A stretch of DNA of 40,412 bases from the IMG/VR virus record IMGVR_UViG_3300023284_000477, positions 1-40,412 of that record; one strand, written 5' to 3'. Position numbers and translations under genes: made by a program. Positions 15,241 to 26,206 of this stretch are shown here, piece after piece (within the stretch, counting starts at the first letter, position 1; each line of letters begins with the position of its first letter). The notes beneath the pieces are model-generated. The model was not told the DNA's origin. It worked only from the letters and a program-made list of their open reading frames with translations, and did no database searches. This DNA is from a virus.

Positions 15241-15715
15241 ATTGTTTGAACATATCAACGACATGTGGCTTCACAACTGGGAACAGCTAGCTATCACAGG
15301 GAATCCGAGATGGATGATTGCCAGCGATAGAGTTCGTCAAAGCAAAAGAAAAGTTAGTGCTGCCAGATTTGAAAGCAAATATTATGAACTCCATGATCAA
15401 CATTCAGAGCATTCGCCTGAAAGTCTTGAAATCATGGACAAGCTATTCACGCTTTTCAATGCTCGTCTTGATGCGCGGGCAAAACTTGCAGATGGTGATA
15501 GGGTTCAGATAAACTTTATAAGAATGTTCACGGCTATGATCGATAATTTGATGAAAGGATCTGGCGATGTTGACGTCATAAAGTCAAGAATGATTGTTCA
15601 ACAAGCCTATGGTCAGCCGATTAACCCAAAGATGATAAAGGTTCCAGAATACATGAAAATTGTTGAAGTTGTTCAGGATCAGGCAGCAATTCAGAATGAA
15701 TTAAATAGAAGATAA
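15227..15715 (+). CDS. Hypothetical tail-module protein (second chaperone-position ORF)
   Basis: 162 aa with a GTG start (an alternative ATG lies about 15260). It overlaps the upstream ORF by 14 nt in the +1 frame. Confidence 0.5.
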   Translation: MIRVKLFEHINDMWLHNWEQLAITGNPRWMIASDRVRQSKRKVSAARFESKYYELHDQHSEHSPESLEIMDKLFTLFNARLDARAKLADGDRVQINFIRMFTAMIDNLMKGSGDVDVIKSRMIVQQAYGQPINPKMIKVPEYMKIVEVVQDQAAIQNELNRR

Positions 15716-18700
15716 TGGCTAGAGTTGAAACAGGAAAAGTTGTAAATCCGAAATTATTCGATCCTGTTGGCGAATCAGCGCTTAGGGCCGAGAAGGATCT
15801 TAAAATCTTCTCGGACGGCTTGAAAGAAGTGATTAAACTTCAGGCTAAAATCGGAAAACAATTGAAGAAATCAGCGAAAGGATTTACACAACTTGCTGCT
15901 GCGGAAAGAAAATCGAAGAAGGCTTCATCTGAAAAAGAAAAAGTTGACAAGCGGATTCTTACGCTTCAGGAAAAGATGACGAAAGTTTCTAAAATCCAAC
16001 GTGATCGTGAGGCTGCTTTGCGTGTTGAACTTCAGCGACGAAACAAGGTGTCAAAGCAGCAGGCTATACTAGCAAATCAAAACATCGGTGCGTTCGATAA
16101 ATTGAATGTAAAGATTAAGCAATTGTCGGATCGTTATAGAAATTTATTAGTTGCTGAAGGAAAGGAAACCAAAGCGACGCGGATTCTGAAGAAGGAAATA
16201 CTTTCGCTGAATAAAATACGCGATCAGGCGAACCAAAAAATAGGTATTACTACGGGATCGATGAACCGAATGAATAAAACTGTCGGCGCATTGAAAACCG
16301 GATTTGCGCAGCTTGGCCTTGCGATTGGTGTTTTTCAAATATTTCGAAATATATTAGGGACAATAGTAAATGTAGATACCGCGCTGACTGATCTTGCTGC
16401 TATATCTGGCAAAACGTCGGCTGAACTTGAGCCATTAAAGAACCAGGCGTTCGAGCTTGGTGAAACTACGCAGAACACAGCCTCAGAAATTCTAGCCCTT
16501 CAATTAGAACTGGCAAAACTTGGATTCACTACTGACGAAATAATGAAGTCAACGGGCGGGATTCAAAAATTTGCATTAGCTACCGGCGCCGAAATTCCAG
16601 AAGCCGCTGCGCTTGCCGGATCTGCGCTTCGTGCGTTCGGTCTTGATGCTTCTGAAATGGATCGCGTTGTGTCTGTGTTGGCAGTTGCTACAACTAAGAC
16701 GGCGCTTAATTTCAACTTCCTTCAGACGGCGATGTCAACGATTGCGCCCGTTGCGGCTGCGTTCGGGTTTTCAATTGAAGACACGACGGCGCTGCTCGGT
16801 CAATTAGCGAATGCTGGATTTGATGCGTCATCTGCTGCAACTGCGACAAGGAATATATTATTAAATCTTGCCGATGCAAATGGTGAACTCGCGAAGGCGT
16901 TAGGGCGTCCGATTACTTCTGTTGATGAATTAGCTGGCGCATTTTCTGAACTTCAAGATAAGGGTGTTGATCTTGCGACAGCCCTAGAGCTTACTGACAA
17001 GCGATCAGTTGCGGCCTTTGAAACATTCTTGAAAGGATCTGATTCACTTGTTGAACTTCGTGATTCAATAACTGATGTAACTGGTGAGCTTGATGAAATG
17101 TCAGCGAAGAAGCTAGATTCAATATCAGGGGCAACATCATTGCTTGCGTCTGCGTGGGAAGGTCTTATATTAGAGTGGAACGAAGGTGCCGGAATTGGTG
17201 AAACACTAAAAAATGGATTGGTATTTCTGGCTAAGAATTTAAAAATAATTATCAAAGTTGCTATCGGTGCGGTAAAAGTTTGGGTGTTGTATCGAATTCA
17301 AATGAAGTTATTTAGATTTGAAACTGATAAAGCGGGTAGATCAATTGCAGTTGGATTGATTCCTAATTTGATAAAATCAACAAAAGCAGTATTTGCATCG
17401 GCTAAAGCGTTTAGAATAGGTGCTATTTCGGTTAAATCGTTTGGAAACGCTTTAAAAAGAATTCCTTTTTTAGCAATAATTTCAGGGTTATTTACGCTTG
17501 TTTCTCTTTTTTGGGATACTGACGAAGCGATTGAAGAAACAGCAGCGGATGCGGGTGATTTAGAAGATCAAATGAGTTCACTCGAAAGGGTTAATAAAAA
17601 TGTGACCGAAGGATTAGTTGAAGAAGAAGCCAAATTAAGACTAGTATTTGACCAATTAAAAGCGACAACAGCCGGAACAAAAGAACGAAAAGAAGCATTA
17701 GATAAAGTAAACGATATTTATGGATTAACGTTGCAAAATTTATCCGATGAAGGCGAATTTGTACGTCAATTAAACGCTGCTTATGATGTTTTGATAGCCA
17801 ATATTGAGCGTAGGATAAGGATCGAATTGGTAGGGCAGGAAGTGAATGAACTGACAAAACAAAAAATAATTCTTGAAAACGAACTTTTAAAAACTGAAGG
17901 CTCGAGAACAAAAAGTAAAGAAAAGAATCTAGCTCGTCAAATTGAATTGCAAAATGAACTAAGGGAATTAGAAAAGCAGGGGCTAATATTGACAGGCGAT
18001 CCTATACTTGACGAACAAGAAAACAGGAAAACGATAGCCCGGATAGAATTAATCAAATCGGAATTGTTGGACATCAATGACATCTTGAACGTAGGAGGCA
18101 CCCTGCAAGAGGCAAGAATTAGCAACATAGATGAAACAATTAAAAGATTATTTGCATCTATTGGGGGCATTCAAGAATTTTCGTTTATAGAAAAAACTCC
18201 CAGCGGCGTAGTTGGTGCTGAAGCTGAAAAACTTAACCGACTTGCTGCTCTTCGAAAAAAGCATAACACCGAATTACTGGAATTGGAAAACGAATTAATA
18301 AAGGCGGGCGTTGATAAAGAACTTCGGGATTTCATTATATCACAAAAGAGAATCGAATTTTTTAGAGAAGCGGGTGAGTTAATAATAGACCTAGATTTCA
18401 AGGATAAAGGTGTTTTGATAAAACATGAAAACGATTACCTAAAATTTATTGAAAAAAATCAGATAGAAAGGGTTGATGTTCATAAAAAAGCTGATGATAA
18501 GATTGTTGACAACAGCAAATTAATGTTTCAAGAATTAGAAGAAGATGAGCCGACCTTTCTTGAAAAGCTTGGCGAAGCTTTCGATGAATTAAGGAGTGAA
18601 ATTGCTGAGACTGCTAAATTTATAGCTAAGTTTTTTGAAAACAATATCAAACTTTTAGATAAACAAATTGAAGCTGAACAGCGAAACTTCAATGAAGCGA

Positions 18701-19377
18701 AGGATCGTGAAGAAGAATTCAAACAGCTTGCAAAAGAAAAAGGTCTTGATGCCACTGAATCAATACAGGCCGAACGTGATGCGCAAAAGAAAGCACTTGA
18801 AGAACAGCGAAAAATTGAGGCTAAAAAGGCGCAGATCGAAGCCCTTCTTGTTGCGCTCAGGTTGCTTGCCGCAAAAGTTGAACAGGGTGAAGGAAATCCT
18901 GTCACAAATATCAAGGCTGACATCTTGAATCTGAAGTCGTTTGTTGAAGGTGCGTTCTATGACGGAACGCCTTTCACTATTGCTGATGCGCTTGGTCACA
19001 CTTCAGGGCGTGACAGTCATGTTGTCGCTGTTGACAATGACGAATCAATAATGACAGGATCGCAGACCAAACAGATGGGAATTGGCAAAGGAAAGAAATC
19101 GACGCAAGATGTTGTTAATGAATTGTCAATGTATAGATCCGGTATTCTTGCAAACAAAGCCAGACATCAGCTTGATTCAAATAGGATCATGCAGCCGGCA
19201 GTTAAAGAATCAGATAATTCTATATTAAGCGGAAAGCTGGATCAAATAATTGACAACACTAACCCAAACAATCAGCCAGTTGATAAGACAACTTTTGACG
19301 TGGCGACTGGAATGCTTGAACATGAACATCGATCCAGAATGAAGCGATCAACTATAAAATATTACGTCAGAAAATAA
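15715..19377 (+). CDS. Tail tape measure protein
   Basis: 1220 aa, coiled-coil rich, with central hydrophobic segments and an Ala-rich TMP core (ALATGAEIPEAAALAGSALRAFGLDASEMDRVVSVLAV). Confidence 0.9.
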   Translation: MARVETGKVVNPKLFDPVGESALRAEKDLKIFSDGLKEVIKLQAKIGKQLKKSAKGFTQLAAAERKSKKASSEKEKVDKRILTLQEKMTKVSKIQRDREAALRVELQRRNKVSKQQAILANQNIGAFDKLNVKIKQLSDRYRNLLVAEGKETKATRILKKEILSLNKIRDQANQKIGITTGSMNRMNKTVGALKTGFAQLGLAIGVFQIFRNILGTIVNVDTALTDLAAISGKTSAELEPLKNQAFELGETTQNTASEILALQLELAKLGFTTDEIMKSTGGIQKFALATGAEIPEAAALAGSALRAFGLDASEMDRVVSVLAVATTKTALNFNFLQTAMSTIAPVAAAFGFSIEDTTALLGQLANAGFDASSAATATRNILLNLADANGELAKALGRPITSVDELAGAFSELQDKGVDLATALELTDKRSVAAFETFLKGSDSLVELRDSITDVTGELDEMSAKKLDSISGATSLLASAWEGLILEWNEGAGIGETLKNGLVFLAKNLKIIIKVAIGAVKVWVLYRIQMKLFRFETDKAGRSIAVGLIPNLIKSTKAVFASAKAFRIGAISVKSFGNALKRIPFLAIISGLFTLVSLFWDTDEAIEETAADAGDLEDQMSSLERVNKNVTEGLVEEEAKLRLVFDQLKATTAGTKERKEALDKVNDIYGLTLQNLSDEGEFVRQLNAAYDVLIANIERRIRIELVGQEVNELTKQKIILENELLKTEGSRTKSKEKNLARQIELQNELRELEKQGLILTGDPILDEQENRKTIARIELIKSELLDINDILNVGGTLQEARISNIDETIKRLFASIGGIQEFSFIEKTPSGVVGAEAEKLNRLAALRKKHNTELLELENELIKAGVDKELRDFIISQKRIEFFREAGELIIDLDFKDKGVLIKHENDYLKFIEKNQIERVDVHKKADDKIVDNSKLMFQELEEDEPTFLEKLGEAFDELRSEIAETAKFIAKFFENNIKLLDKQIEAEQRNFNEAKDREEEFKQLAKEKGLDATESIQAERDAQKKALEEQRKIEAKKAQIEALLVALRLLAAKVEQGEGNPVTNIKADILNLKSFVEGAFYDGTPFTIADALGHTSGRDSHVVAVDNDESIMTGSQTKQMGIGKGKKSTQDVVNELSMYRSGILANKARHQLDSNRIMQPAVKESDNSILSGKLDQIIDNTNPNNQPVDKTTFDVATGMLEHEHRSRMKRSTIKYYVRK

Positions 19378-21188
19378 TGAGCCAACAACATCTATACGGT
19401 CAGAACTATGACGAACTCAATCCGCCTGTTGATTGGCCAGGAATAGGAATTCAGGCCACTATAAATGACAACGCATTCGAGGCCGAAATAAACACAAATG
19501 AATTCGTTTGGGTTGGTGAAGCTGCTGAATTCATGGAAGCTTGGCGAACAACTTCGGGACTAGGGGTTTTTAACGGCGTGCCTTATAGGATTCAAGCTAC
19601 TTCAGATGTGACAGGCATCACTGAAATAATATTCGATGGTTATATTAATTTAGCAGAGCGTGAGATTTTAAGTGTGTCCGATCCGATAATGTTCCGTGCG
19701 CCCATTGTTGAACTGGACAACAACGTGACAGTGTTTAATAAGGTTTCAATCCTATCACAAAGGGTTCTTCAGAATCAAGGGTTCATCACGCTTGCTGATT
19801 CAATTGACGTTCCAGTGATTAAAGAATCAAAAAAGAATGTTGCTGAACGGGCTTTGATTCTTGGTCAATTACTTTTCCAAGTTGTTTCAACATTCATCGG
19901 AGTAATTCAAAACTTCATGTCAGCGATTTCTGACGTCATTGGAGTTTCAATTGCTTTAGGATTAGTTGAACTTTTCCTTTTATTCGTAAATACTGTCATC
20001 CAGTTTAATCTACTATTCCAGGACATCGCCAAGCATAAAGACTTATTCTTTCCGCTTATCACCTATTATAAAGGATTAGGTGTTAAAACTATACTTGAAA
20101 AGGCTTTTGAAAAATTGGGCTATACGGTTGATTTTGGCGAAATCGATTCGGTAATCAGCAAGATATTTCTTCTTGCATCACAAGATGGGTTTGACGGATT
20201 CCCATCGCCAGGATTCCCAGGTACAGGAGTGTTGAATAACCGTGATTGGGGCTATAGGATAGGTGAATTAATGCAAACAGTTGAAGACTTTTTCAATACA
20301 CGCCAAGACGTTCGCGACGGAGTTGTTCATATCAAGAACAGACTTGACCCGTTCTGGACAACTGCGCCAGCGTTCCAGCCAGTTGATGCACTTCTTGAAA
20401 CGACATTGCAATATCAGAACGGAACAAAAAAAGAAGACACTGATCGAGTTCATTCAACGTGGTATTTTGAATACATATTCGACCCAACTGACACGCACAC
20501 GCTAACACAGAATGCTGATGATTCTTACGAAATTCATCGTGAGCTGATCACAGAACTTGATCCAAAAATGAACACACTTGATGGAATAAAAGACATAAAG
20601 ATTCCTTATGCGCTGGCGGTTCGAAAAGAACCCTTTGATAATTTACTTGATCTATTCACTGGAATAAGTGATCAGTTTGACTTTTGGCTTGACGCTTTTC
20701 AAACACAAATAACAGATTTTGCTGCAAATATAGGTCCGTCAGCCGGCGCTGGAATTTCCATTTCCTCAATACTTGCTATGACGCCACTTTCACTGTTTTT
20801 TGAAAACAGAGCCGGTGTGTTGAAGATTGATGATAATGCTTTCGGCAAGCCTAAATGGCTTTACCTGGAAGACACTAATTTTGGAAAAAGAATTCCAGCA
20901 AACTTCAAAGAATTTGTCGGCGGAAAGGCTGTATATACTAAATATTATTTGCCGGACTCACCAGCAGATGTGAATGATTTCAAAGGTCAATATATATTTA
21001 GGCGCGGTTGGCGAATTCCGTTCAGCTTAGACAATTTTAATCAGACAAAAGATAATCCCTATTTTGATTTGAATAACATTAACGGTAAATTTACCAGCAT
21101 CAATTGGACGGAAGATGAACATGCTGCCGTAACTGACGCAGAACAGCAAGAAGTTTTTGATACAAACATCACCGAAACTGAAGTATGA
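19377..21188 (+). CDS. Tail protein (distal-tail position) with an internal roughly 60-aa hydrophobic segment
   Basis: 603 aa with TAATG coupling to the TMP gene. The hydrophobic block is RALILGQLLFQVVSTFIGVIQNFMSAISDVIGVSIALGLVELFLLFVNTVIQFNLLF. Confidence 0.6.
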   Translation: MSQQHLYGQNYDELNPPVDWPGIGIQATINDNAFEAEINTNEFVWVGEAAEFMEAWRTTSGLGVFNGVPYRIQATSDVTGITEIIFDGYINLAEREILSVSDPIMFRAPIVELDNNVTVFNKVSILSQRVLQNQGFITLADSIDVPVIKESKKNVAERALILGQLLFQVVSTFIGVIQNFMSAISDVIGVSIALGLVELFLLFVNTVIQFNLLFQDIAKHKDLFFPLITYYKGLGVKTILEKAFEKLGYTVDFGEIDSVISKIFLLASQDGFDGFPSPGFPGTGVLNNRDWGYRIGELMQTVEDFFNTRQDVRDGVVHIKNRLDPFWTTAPAFQPVDALLETTLQYQNGTKKEDTDRVHSTWYFEYIFDPTDTHTLTQNADDSYEIHRELITELDPKMNTLDGIKDIKIPYALAVRKEPFDNLLDLFTGISDQFDFWLDAFQTQITDFAANIGPSAGAGISISSILAMTPLSLFFENRAGVLKIDDNAFGKPKWLYLEDTNFGKRIPANFKEFVGGKAVYTKYYLPDSPADVNDFKGQYIFRRGWRIPFSLDNFNQTKDNPYFDLNNINGKFTSINWTEDEHAAVTDAEQQEVFDTNITETEV

Positions 21189-21445
21189 CTTTAGATGAAA
21201 TCAATAAAAAGACAGACGAAATCAACAAAAAAGTTGATGAAAAACTTGATGAACTTAAAAGACTTCAAGAAAAATCGAGCAAATTTGACATCGGTAAAAT
21301 GAATAAGAACCCAACTGAAGAAGACTTGAAGATTGCTGTTGAAGTCAAAAAAAAGTTTGGGCAATACATGAAAACGAATGATTTTGATGGCGCTCAAAGA
21401 TATTTAAACCACATGAAGAATGAACTTTGTCCTACCAATAGATAG
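21185..21445 (+). CDS. Small coiled-coil protein
   Basis: 86 aa with ATGA coupling. Confidence 0.5.
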   Translation: MTLDEINKKTDEINKKVDEKLDELKRLQEKSSKFDIGKMNKNPTEEDLKIAVEVKKKFGQYMKTNDFDGAQRYLNHMKNELCPTNR

Positions 21446-23759
21446 AAAATTCTTGTGTCAGCATAGAAACGGTGACGATTTCTTGACGCTTCCGGCGACA
21501 GATTTTGTGCCGTATGTTCAAGGCGAAATCATTGAAAAGCTAAAGGTTATTGCACAGTATGAAGTTTCAACAATCACTGAAGCTTCGCCTTCATCGCAAA
21601 TACTGGCTGAAACTGTTGGAGCTCAAGTGAAGATTACGCATCCTTTTAATGACTGGTCATCTGAAGGTTTTGTTGTTGGAAATTCGATCAGGATCGAAGT
21701 CGGCCCCTTAAGCGTTGATCAGACTGTTGAAAATATTGTCGGAACTGACATGTATGTCACAAGCACTTTGTTCTTTTCTACACTTGGAACTACTGACGGT
21801 GATGCTCGGCCTGATTATATCCTAAAAGTACTGACGCAGCCCACATCATTAATCTTCCAGTTCGGTATTATTCCGAATGCAGACGTTGCGAACACTTACG
21901 GATCGCTTCTTGATGGTCAAGAACAGGCTTATTCGGTTGATGGCATCGCTGGTGCTCTAACCGCGCTTGATTATCTTGCAACAACGTCATCGAATCTAGG
22001 TTCGGTTGAAACTAAATTTGATAGTGTTTCTGACGCCTATAAATTTACCTTTACAGTTGAACATATATTCCGTGTTCCGCACTTTATTGCAGAATGGCTG
22101 ACTAATTATGAAAATGGAACAAATCCTTTCCTATTTCAAGGCTCGAATTCTTATCGATATGTTTCGCGTCTTAATTTCGGAGTAAATTCGAACAATCCAA
22201 ATGACGGAAAAATATTCACCGACGATTATCAAGATGGATCAATAGGATTCAGAGGTCAAAATTTTAACACTGGCGTTTCTGATTATATTTTAAATGTTCC
22301 GACAACGTTCAGTATTTCAGGCGATGAAGCGCAAGCACCAGAAGCAACTCTTTCAACAATAGTGACTGCGCAAATAAAAAGATTAAGCGGCGCGTTTACT
22401 GCCGGCGTCAAAGGATATTTGTATCATTCAAAACTTCCGCAAGAATTTGAATATTCAAATAATGATGATGCTTATGAATCTAACTTTGTAATTGATCAGT
22501 TATTTAACGTTGATGGGGGCGGCGCAAAATCCAGCGTGATAATATCGAGCATGACGACAACAATAAACGGCGGCGATCCTTCGCTTCTTGACGTGGTTTT
22601 CACACTTACTTATCCGGCTGCTCAACTTGCTAAAATAAACGCTGGCGATGTTCTTTTCCTTGGTCTTATTGTTGAAAATGGTGCGTTATCAGCAACGCTT
22701 TCTGATCGTGCGCTTGTTGAATTTGATGTTGTTTCATGGTCAAAAGGCTCTGATATTAGTGGATTGATTACAAATTTTCAAGGTGATATCACAGAATATG
22801 GATCGACAGTTTCGAAAAGTAACATAAACAACTGGATAAATCAGACCTATGTTCTTGATTTTACCTTTGACATGAAAAAAGAAGTCAATAGTTCTGACGC
22901 AAGCCTTGTCAGGCTAGCACTTCAGCAAGTAGGATTCAATACCATAACAAACGAGGTCTTTATCAGCACGCCGTTCAATCTGCCAATTGGAAAAATAAGT
23001 ACAGTCGATGTTGACGGAACAGATTATCAACAAATCAATCTTGCTACTGAAAGATTTCTGTCAGTCCCTTCTGGTCAGGCGCTTCGTGAGATTAAACTTG
23101 ATTCGGTTGTTCCTAGTGCTTTTGCAGCAACGCAAAATTTTACAGGAAAAGTCGGATTTATTCTTGACTGGCAAGAATGGATTCAAAACACGAACGTTCC
23201 TTCAATATTTTATGACGGCGCTTTACCGGCTGAATTTTTCAACCTCAATAAAAGACTGTCGAACTATTCTGGCATCAATGGATTTGATATTTTCATCTTC
23301 CTTGTTGCTGATGTTTTGCATAGCGGAGTAATAACCAAATACGCGATGATTTCTGATAAGTGCTTGATCGCTGATTTCGACGTTGATCCGGCTGCTGTTC
23401 CGTGGACGGCTGTCACAAAATTATTTGACAATGACGGCGACGAAACTGATGATATTTATAATGAAGACATCAGAATTGAAATCAAATTTACTTCACCAAC
23501 AGCCGGTGGCCTTATACTTGGTGACGTGATGGGTGAAATTGTGTTCGAAGAAACTCTTAACAATGGTCGTCATTTCAGGCTTCACACTGCGTTTGATTTT
23601 TCTGAGGCCGTGAACCCATTGATCCCGCTTGCCGGTGAAACACGTGTGAAAATGACACAAGGCGCTGGTGATATTACGCTTGAATGTCTTATAAAAGGCG
23701 ATACGCTTGACCCTGCCAAAAAATATAATATTTACGGGCACTTAAAAGACAATAGATGA
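21420..23759 (+). CDS. Large tail tip / baseplate / receptor-binding candidate
   Basis: 779 aa in the tail module. The call rests on position only. Confidence 0.6.
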   Translation: MNFVLPIDRKFLCQHRNGDDFLTLPATDFVPYVQGEIIEKLKVIAQYEVSTITEASPSSQILAETVGAQVKITHPFNDWSSEGFVVGNSIRIEVGPLSVDQTVENIVGTDMYVTSTLFFSTLGTTDGDARPDYILKVLTQPTSLIFQFGIIPNADVANTYGSLLDGQEQAYSVDGIAGALTALDYLATTSSNLGSVETKFDSVSDAYKFTFTVEHIFRVPHFIAEWLTNYENGTNPFLFQGSNSYRYVSRLNFGVNSNNPNDGKIFTDDYQDGSIGFRGQNFNTGVSDYILNVPTTFSISGDEAQAPEATLSTIVTAQIKRLSGAFTAGVKGYLYHSKLPQEFEYSNNDDAYESNFVIDQLFNVDGGGAKSSVIISSMTTTINGGDPSLLDVVFTLTYPAAQLAKINAGDVLFLGLIVENGALSATLSDRALVEFDVVSWSKGSDISGLITNFQGDITEYGSTVSKSNINNWINQTYVLDFTFDMKKEVNSSDASLVRLALQQVGFNTITNEVFISTPFNLPIGKISTVDVDGTDYQQINLATERFLSVPSGQALREIKLDSVVPSAFAATQNFTGKVGFILDWQEWIQNTNVPSIFYDGALPAEFFNLNKRLSNYSGINGFDIFIFLVADVLHSGVITKYAMISDKCLIADFDVDPAAVPWTAVTKLFDNDGDETDDIYNEDIRIEIKFTSPTAGGLILGDVMGEIVFEETLNNGRHFRLHTAFDFSEAVNPLIPLAGETRVKMTQGAGDITLECLIKGDTLDPAKKYNIYGHLKDNR

Positions 23760-24712
23760 TTTTTATACCTCAAACCGTCACAGATCTCGATTCGCCGGCG
23801 CACTTTGCGACTAAGCGAACAGACATCGGCGTCATATTTTTGAATAAAATAGCACAACCGACGGGATTTTGCGCATGTATTGAGCAGTGCACGCCGTGCT
23901 TGCCGATGTTTACTGACAAAATTGGGTCTGATTTCTTTAAAAATGACACATTTCTTTCGTTTATCAATGTCGCTTCGTCTGGAACAACTGTAATCACGCT
24001 TATAAAAATTGCGCCAGACGGATCTGAAACTGAAATCATTGTCACCGATGGGACTTATGGATTCTTGACAGATGGATCTGCTTCAACACCAGCTTTTGTT
24101 TCTTATGTGTGGAATTTTTTCAAGATATTTACTATTGAAGGCTTTGGAAAGTATCAATTTAAGATTGAAAATAAAAATACTTCAGGGCGTGTTGTTTCAA
24201 CGGATCTGTCACCGGTATTTTGTTTACAATTTTTCACTGCAATTGCAGCAAATAGAACCGTTAGGATTGAAGCTGTAAAAACTGGGAAATTAAAGCACGG
24301 AAATGACTACGGTTCGTTCTTTTTCTTCCAGCAGATTCGGCTTCCTGGTCGTTTAGTCTATTTGAATGAGATTACAGAAAATGATGATCAACAACTTAGC
24401 AATTTTAAGCGGTCACTTGTTCAAATTAAGGATCAAGTATTTCCAGAATATCAACTTCAGATTCATTTGGTGTCAGCACCGCAAATTGTTCGAACCATGT
24501 TTGATTATTTATTTGCCGGCGACGTAAAGGTTTCTGATTATAACGTGAATAATTTCGTTCTTGATCCGGCTGACATGAACGCTTGTCAGTATAGAAGCAT
24601 TCCTTTGAAAAAAACAATCACTGAATTCAATCCTTCAGGAACGAATATCAGAAAGTCATTTAATTTCACGATGGAATACGCAAATAAAAACGTCTTTAAA
24701 ACCAATAACTGA
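23756..24712 (+). CDS. Tail-module hypothetical protein
   Basis: 318 aa with ATGA coupling. Confidence 0.6.
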   Translation: MIFIPQTVTDLDSPAHFATKRTDIGVIFLNKIAQPTGFCACIEQCTPCLPMFTDKIGSDFFKNDTFLSFINVASSGTTVITLIKIAPDGSETEIIVTDGTYGFLTDGSASTPAFVSYVWNFFKIFTIEGFGKYQFKIENKNTSGRVVSTDLSPVFCLQFFTAIAANRTVRIEAVKTGKLKHGNDYGSFFFFQQIRLPGRLVYLNEITENDDQQLSNFKRSLVQIKDQVFPEYQLQIHLVSAPQIVRTMFDYLFAGDVKVSDYNVNNFVLDPADMNACQYRSIPLKKTITEFNPSGTNIRKSFNFTMEYANKNVFKTNN

Positions 24713-25041
24713 TGGAATTTGTATTAACACTTTTAAACAGATTAAGACCTTCTGGAACATCTGCGGTCAGTATGTTTTCTCCACTAAAGGGGGAACAAGT
24801 CATTCTTCGAAAATTATACATTTCAAATGTTGGTGGAAATAAAGCAAAATATAGTGTTTTTATTACAGATGATTCGTCAACATACGATGAAACAACTGCA
24901 ATTTTTTTTGAAATAGAGATTGAAAAGGAAACGACTGTAGTAATTCTTCTCGATATTCCACTTCGTGATTCTGATGGAGACATAGGGGTTCAGACTGATA
25001 CTGGTGATGAGTTGAATTTCACTTTAACTGGGGATAAATAA
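24712..25041 (+). CDS. Tail-module hypothetical protein
   Basis: 109 aa with TGATG coupling. Confidence 0.55.
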   Translation: MEFVLTLLNRLRPSGTSAVSMFSPLKGEQVILRKLYISNVGGNKAKYSVFITDDSSTYDETTAIFFEIEIEKETTVVILLDIPLRDSDGDIGVQTDTGDELNFTLTGDK

Positions 25042-25508
25042 TGAAGGTTTACGGAAACAAAAAACAGCGGTCACTCATGTTTATGAACAATGATTGGATT
25101 CATTCAGGAACAACAAGCGGAGCAATAATCTACCAATCAAGCCCTGGGAAATTAGTTAATCGACAAACATCTGGAGGTTCGGCTGAAACGGGTGTTTGGA
25201 GAATGGCTTTAACATTGCCTGTAAATTTTATGTCATTTCCTGAAGACGCTATTCAAATAGATGTTAGAAAAAGTGCTAGTGTAACAGCTATGACTTTATT
25301 GCTAGAGGGCAACGATGGTACACACGATCCGGCAATCGATAGCGTGGATATTGAGCCAGTAGGATCAATAGACTGGGAAGTAATGAAGTTAACCCCTTCA
25401 GGAGTTTACCATCCAGGAGATATGATTACAATATCACAGGAAAACAACCTTCAGGCAGATAGAACCGTGTTTATAAATGCGTTTAAAATAAAATATAATT
25501 CGAAATGA
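25041..25508 (+). CDS. Tail-module hypothetical protein
   Basis: 155 aa with TAATG coupling. Confidence 0.55.
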   Translation: MKVYGNKKQRSLMFMNNDWIHSGTTSGAIIYQSSPGKLVNRQTSGGSAETGVWRMALTLPVNFMSFPEDAIQIDVRKSASVTAMTLLLEGNDGTHDPAIDSVDIEPVGSIDWEVMKLTPSGVYHPGDMITISQENNLQADRTVFINAFKIKYNSK

Positions 25509-26206
25509 CTAGACTAAAAAACGCCAGTTCGCGGGTTGGCAAAATTGGAAGGAAAGTTCAACCTAAAAAAGAAGAAGTGAAAGAAGAAGTTAAAAAAAAT
25601 TATCCAACTTGGTTATTCGATAACGGTCACGGCGGAATCATTAACGGATTATATCAAACAAGCGGAAAGCGTTCGCCGGTTTGGGATGATGGTCGCCAAC
25701 TGTTTGAAGGTGAATTTAATCGCGCAATTGTTAAAAGGTTGGTCAAGTTAATGAAGACTGCCGGCTATCCTTATAGGAATATCGTTGATACTGAAGAAGA
25801 CGTTCGTCTTGAAGATAGAACGAAAAAAGCTAATAAGTTTTATTCTAAAATCTCAAAGAATTGTATATTGATGTCGATTCATGCGAATGCTGGCGGCGGA
25901 ACAGGTCATGAAACTTACACTTCGCCAGGACAAACTGACGCTGATCCACATGCTGAAGTAATAATTCAAGAATTGGTTGCTGAATTTCCTGAATTAAGAC
26001 TTCGAGCCGATGACGATGACGGCGACAATGACAAAGAAGCTAAGTTCTGGATGGTGGTTAAAACAAAGATGCCGGCGATGCTGGTTGAAACCGCTTTCAT
26101 GGATACGCTATCGCCTGATTGTGAATTATTAATGTCTGAAGAAGGCCGTGACAGATTTGCCAAAGCAATATTTGACGGAATAATCAGAATAAACGAAGCG
26201 GCATGA
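25505..26206 (+). CDS. N-acetylmuramoyl-L-alanine amidase (Amidase_3) endolysin
   Basis: Motifs WLFDNGHGG, LMSIHANAGGGTGHETY and AMLVETAFMD. Confidence 0.9.
   Translation: MTRLKNASSRVGKIGRKVQPKKEEVKEEVKKNYPTWLFDNGHGGIINGLYQTSGKRSPVWDDGRQLFEGEFNRAIVKRLVKLMKTAGYPYRNIVDTEEDVRLEDRTKKANKFYSKISKNCILMSIHANAGGGTGHETYTSPGQTDADPHAEVIIQELVAEFPELRLRADDDDGDNDKEAKFWMVVKTKMPAMLVETAFMDTLSPDCELLMSEEGRDRFAKAIFDGIIRINEAA

Noticed and set aside
16147-18999. Multiple antisense or out-of-frame ORFs inside the tape-measure gene (for example 16147-16338, 16953-17255, 17591-17911, 18528-18923, 18668-18928). Similar shadow ORFs lie inside terL, the portal, capsid, tail, primase and MTase genes.
   Set aside because: All are nested within long, motif-supported CDSs. 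Their low-complexity Ser/Leu/Phe-rich translations are typical of shadow frames.
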